Source: an uncultured Planctomycetota bacterium (GTDB taxonomy: Bacteria > Planctomycetota > Planctomycetia > Isosphaerales > Isosphaeraceae). Taken from it: 64,000 nucleotides of DNA. Under the pieces are notes generated by a model. It made no database searches. It had not been told where the DNA came from and worked only from the letters and a program-made list of their open reading frames with translations. Position numbers and translations under genes: made by a program. Below are positions 12,701 through 24,749 of this stretch, one piece after another; the stretch's first letter is position 1; every line of letters begins with the position of its first letter. The stretch is taken from NCBI GenBank assembly GCA_963823665.1, contig CAWGMQ010000005.1, positions 960,001 through 1,024,000 of the forward strand. Reading direction: 5' to 3'.

Positions 12701-15700
12701 ACACCGAGCCGGCGATCGCCGTCCCGGTTGCTTTGGGTGCGCCGGAGCCTCCTGCGGTGATCGCGCCGATGAAACCGCCGCGGTCCGAATCCATGGCGAG
12801 TTGGTCGGCCTGGATGAATCCGCCCGAGATATAGGCCTTGGTGGTGCTGATCACGGCGTTGACGCCGAGCGAGCCGGCGAAGCCCGTGGATTTGACGGTC
12901 TGGGTATCGGAGGCCGCGGAGCCCGTCACCGACACGTCCTGGGAGTCGTTGGTGGCCTTGACGGTCAGGTGGTCGGCGCTGGTAATGGTCGGCGTGGTGC
13001 TGGCCGGCTCGTTGATCGCGGCGATCGTCGTGTCGCTTACGTAGTCGACCACGACGTCGCCGGCCACCGAGATGCTGGTCGTGGGCGGTGTCGGCGTGGG
13101 CGATGGTGTCGGTGTATTGGCGGCCGGGGGCTCCACGGATTGCCCGTCCGGCAGATCGATGCCCTCGACGTCGTCCCCCGCGAAGGCATCCTCATCCGGG
13201 TCCTCGCCGAGGAAATCCGAGAGTGACTGGACGACCTCGCTCGGGTCCTCCGATTGTGACTGCGCCTGGCTCTGTCCTCCGCCGCCGCCGGCCGGCGGCG
13301 CGCCCGAGGCCGGCTGCGGGCCCGGGTTGACGATGGAGCCCGCCAGGGCCAGGCCGATATTGAGACCCGAGTTCTGGGCTTCCACGGTGACGTCGCCGGC
13401 GGCGTCGATCACGGCGGGTGCGCCGGTGGGCGTGGTGCCGTCGGGCGCGCCGATGTAGGCGCTGGTGTCTCGCTCGATGACGTTGACACCGACCGAGACG
13501 CCGATGCCGTCGTTGCTCCCCGAGAGGGCGCTGCCCGCCACGGTGACGTTCACCAGGCTGTCGGCGGCGCTGACGCTTACATCGCCCCCCGCGTCGACCG
13601 TTGCCCCATCGGCGATGTCGCCGGTCGTGGTGTTCTCGACGACCACGACCGTCGCCGAGCCGTCGATCGCCGTCCGTCCAGCCTTCCCCGAGGCGGCGCC
13701 GATGGCGACGTCGAGGATATTCGTCGTGGCATCCACGCTGACGTTATGACCCCGGACTAGGGCGTCGCCGGCGATCGACGCCTCGGTCGTGTCCAGATAG
13801 GCGAGGCCGAGCAAGGCGCCGCCGACTCCGGTCCCGCTCCCAGTTGCGCCGTTGGGGGAAGCTGGGATTGAACCTCGTGACGTTCTGGAAGAGCACCGGG
13901 AGGACCCCGGAAACATTCAGGGTCTCAACATCCGTCTCGGCCTTTACGCTCACGTTTTGCGCAGCGGAGCTCTGGGCCTCGTCCTGGTTGATCTCGGCCC
14001 CCGAGCCGATGGTGGCTTCCGTCGTGTTGCTGAGGACGTAAACGTCCACCGAGAACGCGACCCCGTTGTTCGTCCAGTTGGCGGCCGACTGCGACCAGGT
14101 CGTGAAGTACGACTCAACGCCGAGATCGTTAGTCAAAAGGGTCGCCACACTCTCTTTGGCGAAAGCCTCGAAATTGGCGAGACTGGAGAACGCGTTCTGA
14201 GCCTGCTCCACCTGCGGAGAGATCGGGATCGTGGTCGTCGCATCGATCATCACGCACCCCGCTGCGTTGATGACGGCCATCGGATCGACGGTGGCCTCCG
14301 AGTCGTTGGTGAGGTAGGAGAACTGAATCGCGACGGCGCCGGCATTCTTCTTGCTCAACGACTGGGAAGCCTGGTAATCCCCCCAGCTTGGACTGGTAAA
14401 GGCGCCCACGTTGGCTAGATTGAGAACCTCGCCGGCCGCACTGGCGGTCAGGGCATCGGTGACCGACGACTTGACGGAGACGTTCCCGCCCGCATCGATC
14501 ACGGCGGTCCCCTCGATCGTGGCGAGCGCCGTGTTGGTGTCGATCGCCACGGCCACGGCGCCGGAAAACCCGCTCTTGGCCTTGTTCGTGGCTCCCGCCG
14601 CGGCCTGCTGCTCCTGCTTGGTGGCCCTCGCCTGGGCCGACTTGCCTATCTTTTGATAAAGTTCGCTCGACGACTGGGAGTACTCGGCCGCCGCGCTCGT
14701 GAGCGCGTTGTATGACCGGATCTGGTTGGCAGCGAGCGTGGGGGTGCCGACGAACCCGTCGCCGATGATGGAGGCGGCGGAGGTCGCATCCCCCGGTGTC
14801 GTCCCAGAGGCTGTCGGATTCGCGGTCGCCGAGACCGTGATGCCCTGGGCGGCGTCGATGGTCCCGGCGACGTCGGTTTCGGCGTCGGTGGACGAGACCG
14901 TCAGCGCGAGCACCAGGTCGAACGTGTCGAACCCGCCCCCTCCGAACGACGAGTTGTTGATGTCCCGGCTCGCCGTAGAGGTTACCGACACGCTGCCGTC
15001 CAGTGAATCGATCGTGGCGCCCTGATCCACGCTCGTATGCGCGGTCGCGCTCGAGACGACGACGACGACGACGAAATCCAGCCCTAATACCACCTGTGCC
15101 GCTGAGGAGATCGAGAGGTTGGTCGTATCGACCGTCATCGTGTTGGTGGCCGCGCTGCTGATGGTGACGTTGCCGCCCGCCTCGATGGTCACCCCCGAGC
15201 CGATGTCGACGGTGGAGCCCGACGTGGCCTGCGCGACCGACAGGGCGATTAACGCGGGGCTGAAAGTGTGGATGGCGACCCCCGAAACCGATTGACCCTG
15301 GATCGTCACCGTCCCCGACGCGATGATGGTCGTGTTCCCATCGATGTTGATGTTGGTGGTCTGCGTGGTATTCGCCTCTCCGCCGACGATCGAGATCGAG
15401 TTCAGGAATTCCAACACGGACTGGCCGAAAGGCGATGCTTTCGAGAGAGAATTATTGCTCCCGGTATTGGCGTTGTTGGCTGTGGCCTGGATCGTGACGT
15501 TGTCGCCCTCCAGGACCGTCGGATCCGCGGCCGTGCCGCTGATGTCGATCGAGGCGCTCTGGCTCTGAGGTTGGATCCCCGTGAAATAAAAGTCAGGTGT
15601 GAACGCCTCGACGTCGGCAGTGAGACTGATGTCGCCCGTCGTGTAGACGCTATGGGATAAGTTGATATTCTGCTCGTCGAGAGAGAACGTCGAACTGCCG

Positions 15701-18700
15701 AGGTTGACGCTCTGACTGATCGTGAAGTCACCCCCCTCGAACGAGAGAGCGGCCCTGAGCGAGGGGTCGACGGAAACGAGGGTCAGGTCGTCCGAGTCGA
15801 TCGTCAGCGACGTGGCGGGGTCCGGGACCGTGATGGTGTTGCCATCCTGGGCCATGATCTGCATGGTCCCCGACACGGATCCCGCCTGGAGTGACACGTT
15901 CCCCGACACGACGATCGTGGGCGTGGCGTCGGCGGCACCGCCGGTCGTGCCCTCGATCGTGTCGTTGCCGAAGTCGGCGGGGAAGACATAGGTGTCGTTG
16001 CCGCCGCCGCCGACCAGTGAATCGTTGCCCTTACCGGCGATGAGGATGTTGTCCTCGGTGTTGCCGGTCAGCGTGTCGTTGCCGCCGCCGCCGACAACGT
16101 TCTCGATCGTGTTGCTGGGCTCGAGCGTCAGCGTGATTCCTGTGGCGATGGTCTGCGGCGTCGTGAGCGCGAGGCTCACGTCGATGCTTGTTGTCTGCGT
16201 GGTCGAGAAGTCCAGGGTGGCCGGCCCTTCGCCACTAACGCCGTAGATCACTTCAGTGCCGTGATCGTCGTCGGCATTAAAAGCGAATGTATCCAGGCCC
16301 GCTCCGCCCGTGATCGTATTGTTGCCGGTGCCGGCGGTGATCGCGTTGTTGAGGTTATTGTTGGCGATGATCGTATTATCGCCGCCGCCGCCCTTCACGT
16401 TCGAGATCAGGCTCGCCGAGGCCAGCGTCAGCGTCAGGTTGGAGTCGACGACCTGCGCAGTCGCCAGCCCGATATTGATGGAGACCGGCTCGGTTTGCGT
16501 GCCCGAGAAGTCCAGGGTGTCGACGCCGTCCCCCTGGTTGTCGGTGATCGTGACGCTACCCAGCGGATTGTCGGCATCGAAGGCGAAGGAATTGTTGCCA
16601 CCGCCGCCGTCGATCGTGTCGCCGCCGGGGCCCGCGGTGATCGTGTCGTTGGCCGCGCCGCCGATGAAGCTGTTGACCGCGGTGCCCAGCGTCAGCGACA
16701 GCCCCGAGGCGATCGTCTGCTGGGAGGTCAGACCGAGGTTGACATCCAGGTTGGCCTTCTGCGCCGCCGAGAAGTTGGGCGTCACTGCCCCGCCGGATCC
16801 AGCCTCGACCACGTCGCTCCCCTGGTCGGTGTCGGCGTCGATGAGAAACGTCACGGCGCCGCTGCCGGGGATCAGGGTATTGTTGCTGGTCCCGGCGGTG
16901 AACGTGTCGGCCTGCCCGTTGCCCGTGACCGTGCTCGCGCCTCCGCCGCCAATCACGCCGTTCACATCGTTGCCGGCCGCCAGGGTCAGCGACAGGTTCG
17001 GCGTGACCTGCTGCGCCGCGGTCGACGCCAGGCTGACCGTGACGGCCGAGTTCTTCGAGGACGAGAAGTCGAGGGTCGTGGTCCCACCGGAGGCGGTCGG
17101 GGCATTGATGAGGTCCGTGCCGTCGGCCATGTCGGCGTCGATGGCAAAGGTGTCGTTGCCCGATCCGGGCGTGAATGTATTGTTGCCCGGTCCGGCGGTG
17201 AAGACGTCGTTCTGCCCGTTGCCCGTGACCGTGTTGGGGCCTCCGCCGCCAATCACGCCGACCACATTGTTGCCGGCCGCCAGGGTCAGCGACAGGTTCG
17301 GCGTGACCTGTTGCGCCGCGGTCGACGCCAGACTGACCGTGACGGCCGAATTCTTCGTGGACGAGAAGTCAAGGGTCGTGGTTCCACCGGAGGCGGTCGG
17401 GGCATTGATGAGGTCCGTGCCGCTGGCCGTGTCGGCGTTGATGGCGACGGTGTCGTTGCCCGTTCCGGGGGTGAACGTGTTCTGACCCGGGCCGGTGGTG
17501 AAGACGTTATTGAGCGAATCGCCCGTGACGGTGTTGGCCGCCTGGCCGCCGATCACGTCGGTGATTCCACCGGCCGGCTTAAGGTAGAGGCTGAAGTTGG
17601 AGGTGATGGTCTGGGGATTCACCTGCGAGAGGTCAACGGTCACCGGCGTATTCTCTGTAGGCGCGAAATCGAGCGTGTCGACTGCCCCTTCCGTGGTCTC
17701 GATCGTGACGTCGCCGAGCGAATTGTCAGCATCCAGGACGTAGGTGTTGGTCCCAGTCCCTCCCTGGAGCACGTCATTCGCGTCGTTGGGCGTGAACGTA
17801 TTGGCACCCCCGCCGCCGATCACCTGGTCGACCGTGTTGCCGGGCTCGAGCGTCAGTTTGAGCTTCGGGGTGACGTCCTGGACCCCCGTGTTCGAGAGGT
17901 CGACGGTGACCGCCGTGCTCTGGGTGGGCGAAAAGTCGAGGGTCGCCATCTGGGCGTTCGCGTTGCCGTAGATCTGGGTGCTGCCGTTGTCGTCGTCGGC
18001 GTCGAAGGCGAACGTGTCCAGTCCGGTGCCCTCGTACAGCACGTTGTCGCCGGTCCCGGCCGTGATGTCGTCGTCGGCGGAGTTGGCCGTGATCTTATTG
18101 GTGGCCGCGCCCCCGATGACGTCGTTGACCGTACTGCCGGACTCGAGCGTGATCGAGAGGTTCGGCGTGACTTGCTGGGCCGCCGTGCTCGAGAGATCGA
18201 CGGTGACCGGCGTCTGCTGGGTGGGCGAGAAGTCGAGCGTAGCCGTTGAGGCATTGGCCCCGGCGTAGATCTGGGTGCTGCCGTTGTCGAGGTCGGCGTT
18301 GAAGACGAAGTCATCCAGCCCCGAGCCGGCCGTGAGGACGTTATCGCCGGGCCCGGCGGTGATGGTGTTGTTCTCGGAGTCGCCGGTGATCGTGTTGAGC
18401 CCTGCGCCGCCGATGACGTTGATGATGCCGGGCACCGAGGCGAGGTCGGTGGCCGTCGCCGCGGAGAGGTCGACGGTCACGGGAGCGGTGTACGCGCTGT
18501 AGTCGAGCGTGGCGTTGTCGCCCAGCCCGGAGCTGATATTCATGTCGCTGCCGGAGCCTTGCATCCCGGCACCCATGACGAAGTTGTCCGTCCCATAGCC
18601 ACCGTTCAAGTTCGTGACCCCCGCGAAGCTGACCTGACCGTCGAGTGTGCCGGCCCCGGCGCTGGTGAGGTCCCAGGTTTGGGTGGGGTCCGCGGCGCTC

Positions 18701-19116
18701 GAGAGCGACGCCAGCGTGTTCTGACTCGTGCCGCCGGCGTCCTGAACCGTGATGTTGTCCGTCGATAGGACATCGCTGAGCGTGGGTGCGATGTTCAGCG
18801 TGTCGTTGCCGGTGCCCAGGTGCACGACAATCGCGCTTAAGTCGGTCAACGACGCATACTGGGTGTAACTCACTCCGTCGCTGCTGTACTCGATGTCGCC
18901 CGAGCTCACCGCCAACGTCAAGTTGTCGTTGAGATTGGCCGAGTCGGTGAAAGTGAGCGTCCGCGTCGTGGGGTTGAATGAGGGCGTGATCGAGAGGAGC
19001 CGCCGCGGCTCGAGCGACTCGACGCCGAGTTCGGCCCACCAGCCCCTCCGGCCGGGGCGCCGAGTCTTCCGGTTGGACCGCGGGCCCTTTCCCCACTTCC
19101 CAAGATGCTGATTCAT
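1..19116 (-). CDS. Giant LEPRxLL-leader filamentous surface protein/adhesin (>6,300 aa; 3' end outside window; three apparent +1 frameshifts near 13855, 11890 and 7670)
   Basis: ATG at 19116 with GGAG RBS. The N-terminus is a basic leader ending in VESLEPRRLLS. ORFs 13744-19116, 11745-13916 and 7502-11842 continue each other in sequence style. The next frame reads as coding and stop-free where I translated it (1-60, 3181-3420) and runs to the window edge (e.g. ...TTEVTYPLDFNTSADSVQAA). Contains TLDFS/GGxGxxT Ca-binding-like repeats, long Gly/Ala/Ser/Val beta-helix-like repeats (AIGASxAxNxIxNTVxAYI) and FCCH-like repeats. Confidence 0.88.
8690..11345 (-). repeat. Seven FCCH-like (E1 FCCH/phage structural-type) beta-domain repeats in the giant protein
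   Basis: Seven copies of xGxxTGxxVxYxxxGGxxIxGLxxGxxYYVI...IxLA, e.g. [31 protein letters not shown] and [31 protein letters not shown]. Confidence 0.75.
16890..17490 (-). repeat. Near-identical 300-bp tandem duplication within the giant gene
   Basis: The sequence from 16912 recurs at 17212 (offset exactly 300) with few substitutions; it encodes DLINAPTASGGTTTLDFSSxKNSAVTVSLASTAAQQVTPNLSLTLAAGN twice. Confidence 0.9.
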
Positions 19117-19149
19117 CGGTGGACTCCACGCGTCGAGGACATGAGAGGT

Positions 19150-19311
19150 TCAATATGGGTGCGGGCTCAAAGTGAACGCGAGCAGCGTGCGGTCTTCGAG
19201 CGCTTCCGGGAGCGGCCCGGTCCACCTCGTGAGCTTCGGCTTTTGGCCAAGAGCGCGCCGGGAGTGCTTCACCCGGCTTTCGGCCGGGGATCTGCGCCAG
19301 AACCTCGCCAT
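19150..19311 (-). CDS. 53-aa small ORF consisting almost entirely of a planctomycete LEPRxLL-type leader (possible remnant)
   Basis: Manual translation: MARFWRRSPAESRVKHSRRALGQKPKLTRWTGPLPEALEDRTLLAFTLSPHPY*. RBS GAGGT lies 7 nt before the ATG. It is absent from the ORF track, whose shortest entries are 60 aa. Confidence 0.7.
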   Translation of the reverse strand: MARFWRRSPAESRVKHSRRALGQKPKLTRWTGPLPEALEDRTLLAFTLSPHPY

Positions 19312-19350
19312 GGTTGTGACCTCAACAAGTTCGAGATGTCAGCCGGTCGT

Positions 19351-19539
19351 CTAAGCGACGACCAACAAGGTGCGGAGCATCGCCAGATCGCCGGCCTGGT
19401 AGGGCGTCACCAGCACGGCGATGCCGAGTTCCTGCAGGACCGCGGAGAAGTTGCTAGTATGGACGCTGTGCCAGGGCGGCGAGTCTACATTCGTCGGGGA
19501 GCGAGGCTCCGGAGCATGGCAGGCGATCGCCCCAGGCAT
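19351..19539 (-). pseudogene. N-terminal fragment of a TIGR03032 (DUF4915) family protein
   Basis: PWHSVHTSNFSAVLQELGIAVLVTPYQAGDLAMLR matches the family N-terminus as I recall it (LRSVHTSNFxxLLxxLGISLxVTTYQAGKL); the ORF stops a few codons later. Confidence 0.65.
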
Positions 19540-19760
19540 GTTAGAGACATCTTCGCGACCCTTTGGCTTGGTCGCTTCCGTCGTCGAGCAGGCGGAGGTA
19601 CCCGGCACGGCCGTCTTCTTCGAGTGCGCCCCAAGGGCGCCGAAGCAGGTCGGACCGGTTTCATCCCCACGATTACAGAAAACGGTGGCCAGGAGAAAAC
19701 CTTACATCGGTCGCAGCAAAAAGCTCTCAGCGTCCAGTCCGAGGAGGGTAAAATGGCGCA

Positions 19761-20343
19761 ATGAACGAGACCCGGCAAAGCCTGCTGCTCCGTGCCCAGA
19801 CCGGCGAAACAGATGCCTGGAAGGACCTGACGGACCTCTATCGTCCTCTGGTCCTAGGTTGGCTCAATCGCCAGGGCGTGCCGGCGGGCGATCTCGAGGA
19901 CCTGAGCCAGGACGTCCTGCTCAGCGTGGTCACGCACCTGCCCGGCTTTCGGCACTCAGGCCAGCGCGGGGCCTTCCGCGCCTGGCTGCGCACCATCGTC
20001 TGTAGCCGCACAGCCGACTACTGGCGGGCGATTGACGCGGGCACCCAGGCCAGCGGCGGCAGCGGCGCCACCGCCGCCCTCCAGCAGATTGCCGACCCCG
20101 ACAGCGAACTGAATCGCCAATGGGATGAGGAACACGATCGCTACGTGCTGCACTGCCTGCTGGACCTGATCGAAGAGGCGTTCGAGCCAATCACGCTGCG
20201 AGCCTTCCGGCGCCTGGCCCTCGACGGCGCCAGCGGCGCGGAGGTGGCCCAGGAAGCTGGGGCTGTCCGTGGCGGCCGTCTACGTGGCGAAGTCGCGCGT
20301 GCTTGCGCGCATCCGTCAGGAGGCGGAAGGACTAATCGATTGA
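19761..20343 (+). CDS. ECF RNA polymerase sigma factor (planctomycete kinase-associated type), +1 frameshift near 20256
   Basis: ETRQSLLLR...AWKDLTDLYRPLV...DLEDLSQDV...GAFRAWLRTI (sigma region 2). The shifted frame gives region 4, LGLSVAAVYVAKSRVLARIRQEAEGLID*, ending at 20343. GAGG RBS upstream. Confidence 0.9.
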
Positions 20344-20410
20344 CGGCTGTAAGGTTTTCCGTCCGGTTGCGTTTCTTTTCTGCATCGTGGCGTTGTCGTT
20401 TGGCCATCCG

Positions 20411-23400
20411 ATGAACCCAGACAGGCTTGTCATAACCGAGGCCGCATTGAACCATCCGGATGACGACGCGCTGCGTGCGCTGTCCTCAGGCGAGCTCACC
20501 GAGGCGGAGCTGGCCCACGTCTCCGAGCACCTCGGGGACTGTCCGGCGTGTTGCCACCGCATCGATCAACTGGCTAGCGACGATCGGCTGCTGGCGCGGC
20601 TCCAGCAAACCGCTGCCAGCCGGGCAGAGGTGCTTGTCACCCCGGCCCAGCGCCGCTCGGCGGTTCGCGCCTTGCGCCAGTCGCGCGAACCCAGGTCTGA
20701 CACAGGTACAAAAGACCCGGAAGCCGCGCCGGTGATTCTCCCCGCCCCCAGGCAGGTCGGAGACTACGACATCCTGGCCGAGGTCGGGCGCGGGGGCATG
20801 GGGGTGGTGTACAAGGCGCGGCACCGGGGCCTGCACCGGCTGGCGGCCCTGAAGATGGTGCTGGCGGGCGAGTTCGCGTCCCCATCCCAGGAGCTCCGGT
20901 TCCGGCTCGAGGCGGAGCTGGCGGCGCGGGTGCAGCACCCCAACATCGTACAGGTCTATGAGATCGGCAGCTACGAAGGCCGGCCATTCCTCGCGATGGA
21001 GTGGGTCGAGGGCGACAGTCTGGCGAGCCGGCTCGACGGTAAGCCCTGGCCGCCGGGCGAGGCCGCCGCGCTCATCGAAACCCTGGCCCGTGCCGTCGAC
21101 GTGGCGCACGGCGAAGGAGTCGTCCACCGGGACCTGAAACCAGCGAATATCTTGCTGTCCGTTGCCCGTGGTCCGCTGTCCGTTGTCGAAGAAGAGAAGC
21201 CAGCCTCGCCGGGCCTGGCAACCGACAACGGACAATTGACAACGATGCCCAAAATCGTTGATTTTGGCCTCGCCCAGCCGATCGAAGGCGGCCAGACGCT
21301 GACGCAGAACGGTTTCCTGGTCGGCACGCCGGGCTACATGTCCCCAGAGCAAGCCAGCGGGAAGCGCGCCCTCGTGGGGCCGGCGACGGACATCCACGCC
21401 TTGGGCGTGATGCTTTATCAGCTTCTTACGGGGCAACTGCCGTTCCAGCACGACAGCACCCTGGAGCTGCTGCGGGCGGTGACGTTCGACGAGCCGGCCC
21501 GGCCGCGCCGCCTGCAGCCCCGCACGCCGCGCGACCTGGAGGCCATCACCCTCCAGTGCCTGGAGAAGGAGCCCGGCGGTCGCTACCCCAGCGCCCTGGC
21601 GCTGGCCGAAGACCTGAGGCGGTTCCTGGCCGACGAGCCGATTCGGGCCCGCCGGGCGAGCGCCGTCGAGCGAAACTGGCGATCGCCGTGCTCGGAGGTA
21701 TTCTCGTCGGGGTGCTGGTTCTTGCCACGGCGTTCTCGCTGTGGCTTGCCGGCACGCGTGAGACAGCACGGAAGGGGGCTGAGCTCGCACGGTCGCAGGA
21801 GGCCGCGGCCCGCCGCAAGACCGACCAAGCCAACGTCGCCCTCCGCGCCAGGGACGAGCAACTGCGCCGGAACGTGTACGCCGCCCGCACCAGCCTCGCC
21901 CTGGCCGCCTGGGACAATAACGAGGTCGGGCGGCTTCGCAGTCTCCTCGACCTCCTGCGGCCGGATCCGGGCGAGCCCGACCTCCGGGGCTGGGAGTGGC
22001 GATATCTCTGGCAGCTCGACCGCGAGGATCGGCTCACACTCCGGGCCGGCGAGAGCCGGTTCAGCGACGTGGTGTTCAATCCCGACGGGCAGACCAGCAG
22101 CTCCAACTCCGGCCTCAGCTATGGGTTCAGCGACGTGGTGTTCAGTCCCAGCGGGCAGACCCTCGCCGGCCTCGAGCGGAACGGCCGCGTACACTTTTGG
22201 GACCGCCGCACCGGGCAATCACGGCGGACAACAGAGGTCACGACCAGAGACGAACATCCGGATCTGAGCCCGACGAGCGGCGCACACGCCCTCGCCTTCA
22301 GCCACGACGGCCGCCGTCTCGCAGGACCCGGGCCGGACGCGAGCCTCGTGCTCTACGCCGTCGAAACCGCCCGACCCATCCTCCGCTTCGAGGGTCCACC
22401 GGAAGCGATTCTCAGCCTGGCCTGGAGCCCCGATGGCCGGACCCTCGTCGCCGCCGTCTCGAGGCATGTCATGCGGGTCTGGGACGCCAGCGACGGCCAT
22501 CTGATCCACAGGAATTTCGGCACACACAAAGGCCCGGTTGCCTCCGTCGCCTTCAGCCCCGACGGCCGCACCATCGCATCGGCCAGCTATGATCGCACGG
22601 TCAAGCTCTGGAGCCTGGAGGAGCCACGGCGCCCGCGGGCCGTCCTCGAGGGGCACACCGACGAAGTCAGCGCCGTGGCCTTCAGCCCCGACGGTCGTTG
22701 GATCGCCTCCGCCAGCATGGACCGGACGCTCCGCATCTGGGATGCCAGGTCGGGGCGCAGGTCGCGGTGATCCGCGGGCACACCAGTTCGGTGACGTCGC
22801 TGGCCTACTTACCCGGCAGCGAGCAGGTCGTCACGGGCTCCGCCGATGAGACGGTCCGCGTCTGGGACACGGCCACGGGGCAGGAGCTTCGCTGTTTCAA
22901 GGCGCACACCGACACCGTCGCTCAAGTCGCCGTGAGCCCGGACGGCCGCGACATTGCCTCGGCGAGCCGCGACCGGACGGTGCGGGTCTGGGACGTCGGC
23001 AGCCAGCCCCGCCCCCGCACGCTCCGGAGTCCCTCGGTCCTTACTTACGGCGGGGCCGTGGAATGTCTCGCATTCAGCCCCGACGGCCGCCGGCTGATCT
23101 CGGGCCACGACGACCAGGCCGTGCGCGTTTGGGATCTTCTGTCAGACCGGCCGCCCCAGGTGCTCAAGGGGCACACAGAGTCCATCCGGAGCGTCGCCTT
23201 GAGCCCCGATGGCCGCACCATCGCCTCTGGCGGCGACGACAGCACGGCGCGGCTCTGGGACGCCGCCAGCGGCGAGCTCCGACTCACATTCACCGGTCAC
23301 AGCGACGTGGTCCGCGGGCTGGGCTTCACTCCCGATGGCCGAACTGTGCTTTCGGGCGGCCGTGACCGCACGATCCAGGCCTGGGACCCCGCAACCGGGG

Positions 23401-23962
23401 CCGTCCGGTACGTCCTGCGAGGCTACTCCGACTGGGTACACGACCTGGCACTCAGCCCCGATGGCCGGACCCTCGCTTCCGCGAGCTACGACAAGACGTG
23501 CATCCTCTGGGACCTGACCGCCAGGCAGCCCCGCGTGACGCTCCGGGGACATACCAACCGGCTTAACACTGTCGTTTTCAGCCCGGACGGCCGGATCGTC
23601 GCGACGGCGTCCGACGACAACACGGTACGGCTGTGGGACGCCGCCGCCGGCTCGCCTGGAGGTGTCCTCGTCGGGCACATCGAGCGGGTCGAAGGCCTCG
23701 CATTCTGCCCCGACGGCCGGCTGGCCTCATCCGCTGGGAACGGACCATCCGGCTCTGGGATCCAGCCAGCGGGCAGACTCTGCTGATCCTCAAAGGACAC
23801 GCGGGGCTGATCCGGTGCATTAAGTTCAGCCCCGACGGCCGGACCCTCGCCTCGGCCAGCTACGACCGAACCGTGAAGCTCTGGGAAGCCGCCCCCGCGG
23901 CCGCCGGCAACGAGGCTGCGCCGGACAGCAATACCGAGGCGGCCAGCGCATCCATCCCTTAG
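20411..23962 (+). pseudogene. Zinc-finger (ZAS) / Ser-Thr protein kinase / TM / WD40 protein, copy 1, interrupted near 21680, 22755 and 23735
   Basis: HLGDCPAC (HxxxCxxC); kinase motifs GRGGMGVVY, HRDLKPANILL, DFG, GTPGYMSPE; TM IAVLGGILVGVLVLATAFSLWL; RGWEWRYL followed by many GH...FSPDG...WD repeats across four reading frames. The true start may be TTG at 20447 (GAGG RBS). Confidence 0.85.
21156..21244. repeat. In-frame palindromic heptamer element (TGTCCGT)n...(ACAACGG)n in kinase 1
   Basis: Left arm tgtccgt-tgcccgt-ggtccgc-tgtccgt-tgtc. The right-arm gacaacggaca (21224-21234) is the exact reverse complement of 21177-21187. The element lies between HRDLKPANILL and DFG. Confidence 0.75.
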
Positions 23963-24749
23963 GCGATTCTTTTTTGGGACGCGGCGGCGGCGTACGGCCG
24001 CCCGATGAACCGAGACAGGCTTGTCATAACCGAGGCCCCATTGAACCATCTCGATGATAAAGCGTTGCGTGCGCTCTCCTCAGGCCAACTCACCGAGGCG
24101 GAGCTGGCTCATGTCTCCGCCCACCTGGGAGAGTGTCCGGATTGCTGTAGCTGCATCGACCAGATATCCACCGACGATCGGCTGCTGGCGCGGCTCCAGC
24201 AAACCGCTGCCAGCCGGGCAGAGGTGCTTGTCACCCCGGCCCAGCGCCGCTCGGCGGTTCGCGCCTTGCGCCAGGCGAGCGAATCCGCGTCTGCCACACG
24301 TCTAAAAGACCGGGAGGCCGCGCCGGTGATTCTCGCCGCCCCCACGCAGGTCGGGGACTACGACATCCTGGCCGAAGTCGGGCGCGGGGGCATGGGGGTG
24401 GTGTACAAGGCGCGACACCGGGGCCTCCACCGGCTGGCCGCCCTGAAAATGGTGCTGGCGGGCGAGTTCGCCTCCCCCACCCAGGAGCTGCGGTTCCGGC
24501 TCGAGGCCGAGCTGGCGGCGCGGGTGCAGCACCCCAACATCGTGCAGGTCTACGAGATCGGCAGCTACGCTGGCCGGACTTTCCTGGCCCTGGAGTGGGT
24601 CGAAGGCGACAGTCTGGCGAACCGGCTGGATGGTAAGCCCTGGCCGCCGGGCGAGGCGGCCGCACTCATCGAGACCCTGGCCCGTGCCGTTAACGTGGCG
24701 CACGGCGAAGGAGTCGTCCACCGGGACCTGAAACCGGCGAACATCTTGT

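Noticed and set aside
13744..13916. Programmed frameshifting in the giant gene
   Set aside because: No consistent slippery heptamer or stimulatory structure at the three junctions; single-base indels in short runs are the simpler explanation.
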